64,000 nt of DNA from the NCBI RefSeq assembly GCF_009914755.1, contig NC_060943.1, one strand, 5' to 3'. The position numbers and the translations under genes were made by a program. Below, one piece after another: positions 54,201 to 64,000 of this stretch (positions are counted from its first letter, which is position 1; each line of letters starts with the position of its first letter). The notes under the pieces were generated by a model. The model searched no databases. It saw nothing but the letters and a program-made list of their open reading frames with translations, and was not told where the DNA came from. This stretch comes from the human T2T-CHM13v2.0 reference genome, Homo sapiens.

Positions 54201-57200
54201 TGCGTTGTGATGTGTTCGTTCAACTCACACAGTTTAACCTTTCTGTTCATAGAGCAGTTAGGAAACACTCTGTTTGTAAAGTCTGCAAGTGGATATTCAG
54301 ACCTCCTTGAGGCCTTCGTTGGAAACGGGATTTCTTCATATTCTGCTAGACAGAAGAATTCTCAGTAACTTCCTTGTGTTCTGTGCATTCAACTCACAGA
54401 GTTGAACGATCCTTTACACAGGGCAGACTTGAAACACTCTTTTTGTGGAATTTGCAAGCGGAGATTTCAGCCTCTTTGAGGTTAATGGTAGAAAATGAAA
54501 TATCTTCGTATAGAAACTAGACAGAATGATTCTCAGAAACTCCTTTGTGATGTGTGCGTTCAAGTCACAGAGTTTAACCTTTCTTTTCATAGAGCAGTTA
54601 GGAAACACTCTGTTTGTAAAGTCTGCAAGTGGATATTCAGACCTCTTTGAGGCCTTCGTTGGAAACGGGATTTCTTCATATTCTGCTAGACAGAAGAATT
54701 CTCAGTAACTTCCTTGTGTTGTGTGTATTCAACTCACAGAGTTGAACGATCCTTTACACAGAGCAGACTTGAAACACTCTTTTTGTGGAATTTGCAAGTG
54801 GAGATTTCAGCCGCTTTGAGGTCAATGGTAGAAAAGGGAATATCTTCGTATAGAAACAAGACAGAATGATTCTCAGAAACTCCTTTGTGATGTGTGCGTT
54901 CAACTCACAGAGTTTAACCTTTCTTTTCATAGAGCAGTTAGGAAACACTCTGTTTGTAAAGTCTGCACGTGGATATTTGGACTTCTTTGAGGCCTTCGTT
55001 GGAAACGGGTTTTTTTCATGTAAGGCTAGACAGAAGAATTTTCAGTAACTTCCTTGTGTTGTGTGTATTCAACTGACAGAGTTGAACTTTCATTTAGAGA
55101 GAGCAGATTTGTAACACTGTTTTTGTGGAATTTGCAAGTGGAGATTTCAAGCGCTTTGCGGCCAAAGGCAGAAAAGGAAATATCTTCGTATAAAAACTAG
55201 ACAGAATCATTCTCAGAAAATCCTCTGTGATGTGTGCGTTCAACACTCAGAGTTTAACTTTTCTTTTCATTCAGCAGTTTGGAAACCCTCTGTTTGTAAA
55301 GTCTGCACGTGGATATTTTGACCACTTAGAGGCCTTCGTTGGAAACGGGTTTTTTTCATGTAAGGGTAGACAGAAGAATTCCCAGTAACTTCCTTGTGTT
55401 GTGTGCATTCAACTCACAGAGTTGAACGTTCCCTTAGACAGAGCAGATTTGAAACACTCTATTTGTGTAATTTGCAAGTGTAGATTTCAAGCGCTTTAAG
55501 GTCAACGGCAGAAAAGGAAATATCTTCGTTTCAAAACTAGACAGAATCATTCGCACAAACTGCGTTGTGATGTGTTCGTTCAACTCACAGAGTTTAACCT
55601 TTCTGTTCATAGAACAGTTAGGAAACACTCTGTTTGTAAAGTCTGCAAGTGGATATTCAGACCTCTTTGAGGCCTTCGATGGAAACGGGATTTCTTCATA
55701 TTCTGCTAGACAGAAGAATTCTCAGTAACTTCCTTGTGTTGTGTGTATTCAACTCACAGAGTTGAACGATCCTTTACACAGGGCAGACTTGAAACACTCT
55801 TTTTGTGGAATTTGCAAGTGGAGATTTCAGCCTCTTTGAGGTTAATGGTAGAAAATGAAATATCTTCCTATAGAAACTAGACAGAATGATTCTCAGAAAC
55901 TCCTTTGTGATGTGTGCTTTCAAGTCACAGAGTTTAACCTTTCTTTTCATACAGCAGTTAGGAAACACTCTGTTTGTAAAGTCTGCAAGTGGATATTCAG
56001 ACCTCTTTGTGGCCTTCGTTGGAAACGGGATTTCTTCATATTCTGCTAGACAGAAGAATTCTCAGTAACTTCCTTGTGTTGTGTGTATTCAACTCACAGA
56101 GTTGAACGATCCTTTACACAGAGCAGACTTGAAACACTCTTTTTGTGGAATTTGCAAGTGGAGATTTCAGCCGCTTTGAGGTTAATGGTAGAAAAGGAAA
56201 TATCTTCGTATAAAAACTAGACAGAATGATTCTCAGAAACTCCTTTGTGATGTTTGCCTTCAAGTCACAGAGTTTAACCTTTCTTTTCATAGAGCAGTTA
56301 GGAAACACTCTGTTTGTAAAGTCTGCAAGTGGATATTCAGACCTCCTTGAGGCCTTCGTTGGAAACGGGATTTCTTCATATTCTGCTAGACCGAAGAATT
56401 CTCAGTAACTTCCTTGTGTTGTGTGTATTCAACTCACAGAGTTGAACGATCCTTTACACAGAGCAGACTTGAAACACTCTCTTTGTGGAATTTGCAAGTT
56501 GAGATTTCAGCCGCTTTGAGGTCAATGGTAGAAAAGGGAATATCTTCGTATAGAAACTAGACAGAATGATTCTCAGAAACTCCTTTGTGATGTGTGCGTT
56601 CAACTCACAGAGTTTAACCTTTCTTTTCATAGAGCAGTTAGGAAACACTCTGTTTGTAAAGTCTGCACGTGGATATTTGGACTTCTTTGAGGCCTTCGTT
56701 GGAAACGGGTTTTTTTCATGTAAGGGTAGACAGAAGAATTCTCAGTAACTTCCTTGTGTTGTGTGTATTCAACTGACAGAGTTGAACTTTCATTTAGAGA
56801 GAGCAGATTTGTAACACTGTTTTTGTGGAATTTGCAAGTGGAGATTTCAAGCGCTTTGGGGCCAAAGGCAGAAAAGGAAATATCTTCGTATAAAAACTAG
56901 ACAGAATCATTCTCAGAAAATGCTCTGTGATGTGTGCGTTCAACTCTCAGAGTTTAACTTTTCTTTTCATTCAGCAGTTTGGAAACACTCTGTTTGTAAA
57001 GTCTGCACGTGGATATTTTGACCACTTAGAGGCCTTCGTTGGAAACGGGTTTTTTTCATGTAAGGGTAGACAGAAGAATTCCCAGTAACTTCCTTGTGTT
57101 GTGTGCATTCAACTCACAGAGTTGAACGTTCCCTTAGACAGAGCAGATTTGAAACACTCTATTTGTGCAATTTGCAAGTGTAGATTTCAAGCGCTTTAAG

Positions 57201-57415
57201 GTCAACGGCAGAAAAGGGAATATCTTCGTTTCAAAACTAGACAGAATCATTCCCACAAACTGCGTTGTGATGTGTTCGTTCAACTCACAGAGTTTAACCT
57301 TTCTGTTCATAGAACAGTTAGGAAACACTCTGTTTGTAAAGTCTGCAAGTGGATATTCAGACCTCCTTGAGGCCTTCGTTGGAAACGGGATTTCTTCATA
57401 TTCTGCTAGACCGAA

Positions 57416-59115
57416 GAATTCTCAGTAACTTCCTTGTGTTGTGTGTATTCAACTCACAGAGTTGAACGATCATTTACACAAAGCAGACTTGAAACACTCT
57501 TTATGTGGAATTTGCAAGTGGAGATTTCAGCCGCTTTGAGGTTAATGGTAGAAAATGAAATGTCTTCGTATAGAAACTAGACAGAATGATTCTCAGAAAC
57601 TCCTTTGTGATGTGTGCGTTCAACTCACAGAGTTTAACCTTTCTTTTCATAGAGCAGTTAGGAAACACTCTGTTTGTAAAGTCTGCAAGTGGATATTCAG
57701 ACCTCCTTGAGGCCTTCGTTGGAAACGGGATTTCTTCCTATTGTGCTAGACAGAAGAATTCTCAGTAAATTCCTTGTGTTGTGTGTATTCAACTCACAGA
57801 GTTGAATGATCCTTTACACAGAGCAGACTTGAAACACTCTTTTTGTGGAATTTGCAAGTGGAGATTTCAGCCGCTTTGAGTTCAATGGTAGAATAGGAAA
57901 TATCTTCGTATAAAAACTAGACAGAATGATTCTCAGAAACTCCTTTGTGATGTGTGCATTCAACTTACAGAGTTTAACCTTTCTTTTCATAGAGCAGTTA
58001 GGAAACACTCTGTTTGTAAAGTCTGCAAGTGGATATTCAGACCTCTTTGAGGCCTTCGTTGGAAACGGGATTTCTTAATATTATGCTAGACAGAAGAATT
58101 CTCAGAAACTTCCTTGTGTTGTGTGTATTCAACTCACAGAGTTGAACGATCCTTTACACAGGGCAGACTTGAAACACTCTTTTTGTGGAATTTGCAAGTG
58201 GAAATTTCAGCCGCTTTGAGGTCAATGGTAGAAAAGGAAATATCTTCGTATAAAAACTAGACAGAATGATTCTCAGAAACTCCTTTGTGATGTGTGCGTT
58301 CAAGTCACAGAGTTTAACCTTTCTTTTCATAGAGCAGTTAGGAAACACTCTGTTTGTAAAGTCTGCAAGTGGATATTCAGACCTCTTTGAGGCCTTCGTT
58401 GGAAACGGGATTTCTTCATATTCTGCTAGACAGAAGAATTCTCAGTAACTTCCTTGTGTTGTGTGTATTCAACTCAGAGAGTTGAACAATCCTTTACACA
58501 GGGCAGACTTGAAACACTCTTTTTGTGGAATTTGCAAGTGGAGATTTCAGCCTCTTTGAGGTTAATGGTAGAAAATGAAATATCTTCGTATAGAAACTAG
58601 ACAGAATGATTCTCAGAAACTCCTTTGTGATGTGTGCGTTCAAGTCAAAGAGTTTAACCTTTCTTTTCATAGAGCAGTTAGGAAACACTCTGTTTGTAAA
58701 GTCTGCAAGTGGATATTCAGACCTCTTTGAGGCCTTCGTTGGAAACGGGATTTCTTCATATTCTGCTAGACAGAAGAATTCTCAGAAACTTCCTTGTGTT
58801 GTGTGTATTCAACTCACAGAGTTGAACGATCCTTTACACAGTGCAGACTTGAAACACTCTTTTTGTGGAATTTGCAAGTGGAGATTTCAGCCGCTTTGAG
58901 GTCAATGGTAGAAAAGGAAATATCTTCGTATAAAAACTAGACAGAATGATTCTCAGAAACTCCTTTGTGATGTGTGCGTTCAACTCACAGAGTTTAACCT
59001 TTCTTTTCATAGAGCAGTTAGGAAACACTGTGTTTGTAAAGTCTGCAAGTGGATATTCAGACCTCTTTGAGGCCTTCGTTGGAAACGGGATTTCTTCATA
59101 TTCTGCAAGACAGAA
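57416..59115 (+). repeat. Run of 5 D dimers (16-mer HOR variant)
   Basis: B dimers at 56736 and 59456 are 8 dimers apart. Confidence 0.8.
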
Positions 59116-62100
59116 GAATTCTCAGTAACTTCCTTGTGTTGTGTGTATTCAACTCGCAGAGTTGAACGATCCTTTACACAGGGCAGACTTGAAACACTCT
59201 TTTTGTGGAATTTGGAAGTGGAGATTTCAGCCTCTTTGAGGTTAATGGTAGAAAATGTAATATCTTCGTATAGAAACTAGACAGAATGATTCTCAGAAAC
59301 TCCTTTGTGATGTGTGCGTTCAACTCACAGAGTTTAACCTTTCTTTTCATAGAGCAGTTAGGAAACACTCTGTTTGTAAAGTCTGCACGTGGATATTTGG
59401 ACTTCTTTGAGGCCTTCGTTGGAAACGGGTTTTTTTCATGTAAGGCTAGACAGAAGAATTCTCAGTAACTTCCTTGTGTTGTGTGTATTCAACTGACAGA
59501 GTTGAACTTTCATTTAGAGAGAGCAGATTTGTAACACTGTTTTTGTGGAATTTGCAAGTGGAGATTTCAAGAGCTTTGGGGCCAAAGGCAGAAAAGGAAA
59601 TATCTTCGTATAAAAACTAGACAGAATCATTCTCAGAAAATGCTCTGTGATGTGTGCGTTCAACTCTCAGAGTTTAACTTTTCTTTTCATTCAGCAGTTT
59701 GGAAACACTCTGTTTGTAAAGTCTGCACGTGGATATTTTGACCACTTAGAGGCCTTCGTTGGAAACGGGTTTTTTTCATGTAAGGGTAGACAGAAGAATT
59801 CCCAGTAACTTCCTTGTGTTGTGTGCATTCAACTCACAGAGTTGAACGTTCCCTTAGACAGAGCAGATTTGAAACACTCTATTTGTGCAATTTGCAAGTA
59901 TAGATTTCAAGCGCTTTCAGGTCAACGGCAGAAAAGGAAATATCTTCGTTTCAAAACTAGACAGAATCATTCCCACAAACTGCGTTGTGATGTGTTCGTT
60001 CAACTCACAGAGTTTAACCTTTCTGTTCATAGAGCAGTTAGGAAACACTCTGTTTGAAAAGTCTGCAAGTGGATATTCAGACCTCCTTGAGGCCTTCGTT
60101 GGAAACGGGATTTCTTCATATTCTGCTAGACAGAAGAATTCTCAGTATCTTCCTTGTGTTGTGTGTATTCAACTCACAGAGTTGAACGATCCTTTACACA
60201 GAGCAGACTTGAAACACTCTTTTTGTGGAATTTGCAAGTGGAGATTTCAGCCGCTTTGAGGTCAATGGTAGAAAAGGGAATATCTTCGTATAGAAACTAG
60301 ACAGAATGATTCTCAGAAACTCCTTTGTGATGTGTGCGTTCAACTCACAGAGTTTAACCTTTCTTTTCATAGAGCAGTTAGGAAACACTCTGTTTGTAAA
60401 GTCTGCATGTGGATATTTGGACTTCTTTGAGGCCTTCTTTGGAAACGGGTTTTTTTCATGTAAGGCTAGACAGAAGAATTCTCAGTAACTTCCTTGTGTT
60501 GTGTGTATTCAACTGACAGAGTTGAACTTTCATTTAGAGAGAGCAGATTTGTAACACTGTTTTTGTGGAATTTGCAAGTGGAGATTTCAAGCGCTTTGGG
60601 GCCAAAGGCAGAAAAGGAAATATCTTCGTATAAAAACTAGACAGAATCATTCTCAGAAAATCCTCTGTGATGTGTGCGTTCAACTCTCAGAGTTTAACTT
60701 TTCTTTTCATTCAGCAGTTTGGAAACACTCTGTTTGTAAAGTCTGCACGTGGATATTTTGACCACTTAGAGGCCTTCGTTGGAAACGGGTTTTTTCATGT
60801 AAGGGTAGACAGAAGAATTCCCAGTAACTTCCTTGTGTTGTGTGCATTCAACTCACAGAGTTGAACGTTCCCTTAGACAGAGCAGATTTGGAACACTCTA
60901 TTTGTGCAATTTGCAAGTGTAGATTTCAAGCGCTTTAAGGTCAACGGCAGAAAAGGAAATATCTTCGTTTCAAAACTAGACAGAATCATTCCCACAAACT
61001 GCGTTGTGATGTGTTCGTTCAACTCACAGAGTTTAACCTTTCTGTTCATAGAGCAGTTAGGAAACACTCTGTTTGTAAAGTCTGCAAGTGAATATTCAGA
61101 CCTCCTTGAGGCCTTCGTTGGAAACGGGATTTCTTCATATTCTGCTAGACCGAAGAATTCTCAGCAACTTCCTTGTGTTGTGTGTATTCAACTCACGGAG
61201 TTGAACGATCCTTTACACAGAGCAGACTTGAAACACTCTTTTTGTGGAATTTGTAAGTGGAGATTTCAGCCGCTTTGAGGTTAATGGTAGAAAATGAAAT
61301 ATCTTCGTATAGAAACTAGACAGAATGATTCTCAGAAACTCCTTTGTGATGTGTGCGTTCAACTCACAGAGTTTAACCTTTGTTTTCATAGAGCAGTTAG
61401 GAAACACTCTGTTTGTAAAGTCTGCAAGTGGATATTCAGACCTCTTTGAGGCCTTCGTTGGAAACGGGATTTCTTCATATACTGCTAGACAGAAGAATTC
61501 TCAGTAACTTCCTTGTGTTGTGTGTATTCAACTCACAGAGTTGAACGATCCTTTACACAGGGCAGACTTGAAACACTCTTTTTGTGGAATTTGCAAGTGG
61601 AGATTTCAGCCTCTTTGAGGTTAATGGTAGAAAATGAAATATCTTCGTATAGAAACTAGACAGAATGATTCTCAGAAACTCCTTTGTGATGTGTGCGTTC
61701 AAGTCGCAGAGTTTAACCTTTCTTTTCTTGGAGCAGTTAGGAAACACTCTGTTTGTAAAGTCTGCAAGTGGATATTCAGACCTCTTTGAGGCCTTCGTTG
61801 GAAACGGGATTTCTTCATATTCTGCTAGACAGAAGAATTCTCAGTATCTTCCTTGTGTTGTGTGTATTCAACTCACAGAGTTGAACGATCCTTTACACAG
61901 AGCAGACTTGAAACACTCTTTTTGTGGAATTTGCAAGTGGAGATTTCAGCCGCTTTGAGGTCAATGGTAGAAAAGGGAATATCTTCGTATAGAAACTAGA
62001 CAGAATGATTCTCAGAAACTCCTTTGTGATATGTGCGTTCAACTCACAGAGTTTAACCTTTCTTTTCATAGAGCAGTTAGGAAACACTCTGTTTGTAAAA

Positions 62101-64000
62101 TCTGCATGTGGATATTTGGACTTCTTTGAGGCCTTCGTTGGAAACGGGTTTTTTTCATGTAAGGCTAGACAGAAGAATTCTCAGTAACTTCCTTGTGTTG
62201 TGTGTATTCAACTGACAGAGTTGAACTTTCATTTAGAGAGAGCAGATTTGTAACACTGTTTTTGTGGAATTTGCAAGTGGAGATTTCAAGCGCTTTGGGG
62301 CCAAAGGCAGAAAAGGAAATATCTTCGTATAAAAACTAGACAGAATCATTATCAGAAAATCCTCTGTGATGTGTGCGTTCAACTCTCAGAGTTTAACTTT
62401 TCTTTTCATTCAGCAGTTTGGAAACACTCTGTTTGTAAAGTCTGCACGTGGATATTTTGACCACTTAGAGGCCTTCGTTGGAAACGGGTTTTTTCATGTA
62501 AGGGTAGACAGAAGAATTCCCAGTAACTTCCTTGTGTTGTGTGCATTCAACTCACAGAGTTGAACGTTCCCTTAGGCAGAGCAGATTTGAAACACTCTAT
62601 TTGTGCAATTTGCAAGTGTAGATTTCAAGCGCTTTAAGGTCAACGGCAGAAAAGGAAATATCTTCGTTTCAAAACTAGACAGAATCATTCCCACAAACTG
62701 CGTTGTGATGTATTCGTTCAACTCACAGAGTTTAACCTTTCTGTTCATAGAGCAGTTAGGAAACACTCTGTTTGTAAAGTCTGCAAGTGGATATTCAGAC
62801 CTCCTTGAGGCCTTCGTTGGAAACGGGATTTCTTCATATTCTGCTAGACAGAAGAATTCTCAGTAACTTCCTTGTGTTGTGTGTATTCAACTCAGAGAGT
62901 TGAACGATCCTTTACACAGAGCAGACTTGAAACACTCTTTTTGTGGAATTTGCAAGTGGAGATTTCAGCCGCTTTTAGGTCAATGGTAGAAAAGGGAATA
63001 TCTTCGTATAGAAACTAGACAGAATGATTCTCAGAAACTCCTTTGTGATGTGTGCGTTCAACTCACAGAGTTTAACCTTTCTTTTCATAGAGCAGTTAGG
63101 AAACACTCTGTTTGTAAAGTCTGCACGTGGATATTTGGACTTCTTTGAGGCCTTCGTTGGCAACGGGGTTTTTTCATGTAAGGCTAGACAGAAGAATTCT
63201 CAGTAACTTCCTTGTGTTGTGTGTTTTCAACTGACAGAGTTGAACTTTCATTTAGAGAGAGCAGATTTGTAACACTGTTTTTGTGGAATTTGCAAGTGGA
63301 GATTTCAAGCGCTTTGGGGCCAAAGGCAAAAAAGGAAATATCTTCGTATAAAAACTAGACAGAATCATTCTCAGAAAATGCTCTGTGATGTGTGCGTTCA
63401 ACTCTCAGAGTTTAACTTTTCTTTTCATTCAGCAGTTTGGAAACACTCTGTTTGTAAAGTCTGCACGTGGATATTTTGACCACTTAGAGGCCTTCTTTGG
63501 AAACGGGTTTTTTACATGTAAGGGTAGACAGAAGAATTCCCAGTAACTTCCTTGTGTTGTGTGCATTCAACTCACAGAGTTGAACGTTCCCTTAGACAGA
63601 GCAGATTTGGAACACTCTATTTGTGCAATTTGCAAGTGTAGATTTCAAGCGCTTTAAGGTCAACGGCAGAAAAGGATATATCTTCGTTTCAAAACTAGAC
63701 AGAATCATTCCCACAAACTACGTTGTGATGTGTTCGTTTAACTCACAGAGTTTAACCTTTCTGTTCATAGAGCAGTTAGGAAACACTCTGTTTGTAAAGT
63801 CTGCAAGTGAATATTCAGACCTCCTTGAGGCCTTCGTTGGAAACGGGATTTCTTCATATTCTGCTAGACCGAAGAATTCTCAGCAACTTCCTTGTGTTGT
63901 GTGTATTCAACTCACGGAGTTGAACGATCCTTTACACAGAGCAGACTTGAAACACTCTTTTTGTGGAATTTGTAAGTGGAGATTTCAGCCGCTTTGAGGT

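Larger units (their letters stand above)
1..64000 (+). repeat. Centromeric alpha-satellite array, SF1 dimeric (340-bp) type; likely the D1Z7/D5Z2/D19Z3 (S1C1/5/19H1L) live HOR
   Basis: AGACAGAA anchor at 132, 301 and 472 gives alternating 169/171-bp monomers. GAATTC recurs every ~340 bp from 309 to 63874 (187 intervals, net drift -15 bp; 3 sites mutated). A CENP-B box occurs in every second monomer and orientation is constant. The family name comes from recognising the monomer sequences, not from a database search. Confidence 0.97.

Noticed and set aside
57-63997. Numerous 60-124 aa ORFs on both strands (MILRNSFVMC..., MFPNCSMKRK...)
   Set aside because: They recur with the 340-bp period, overlap on opposite strands, and are freely broken or extended by point changes. 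These are chance open frames in satellite DNA with no recognisable domain.
1-64000. CRISPR-like regular spacing of a conserved motif
   Set aside because: The sequence between motifs is itself repeated; there are no unique spacers or cas genes.
1-64000. Transposon insertion, inversion or non-satellite island
   Set aside because: The 340-bp phase is accounted for from end to end, with no poly-A tail, target-site duplication or strand switch seen.
1-64000. Assignment to chromosome 1, 5 or 19, or to the active kinetochore site
   Set aside because: The HOR is shared by the three chromosomes and needs mapping to resolve; kinetochore position is epigenetic and cannot be read from sequence.

Overview
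The whole 64 kb window is one uninterrupted, head-to-tail array of human-type centromeric alpha satellite. It belongs to suprachromosomal family 1: alternating 171- and 169-bp monomers form a 340-bp EcoRI dimer, about 188 dimers in total, with a CENP-B box in every second monomer. The sequence matches the live HOR shared by chromosomes 1, 5 and 19 (D1Z7/D5Z2/D19Z3, S1C1/5/19H1L); I cannot tell which chromosome by eye. I saw no genes, transposon insertions or inversions, and all listed ORFs are repeat-derived artefacts. By diagnostic bases I typed the dimers as A, B and C (the 6-mer core) and D (an A-front/C-end hybrid, 0-5 copies per unit), giving units of 6 to 16 monomers. I found no new gene system. 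What merits a second look is the array's evolutionary record: a cryptic 20-mer super-repeat, reciprocal recombinant junctions, multi-kb mosaic copies up to 56 kb apart, foreign-haplotype islands and a recurrent G>T hit in CENP-B boxes. All counts are manual and need alignment to confirm.
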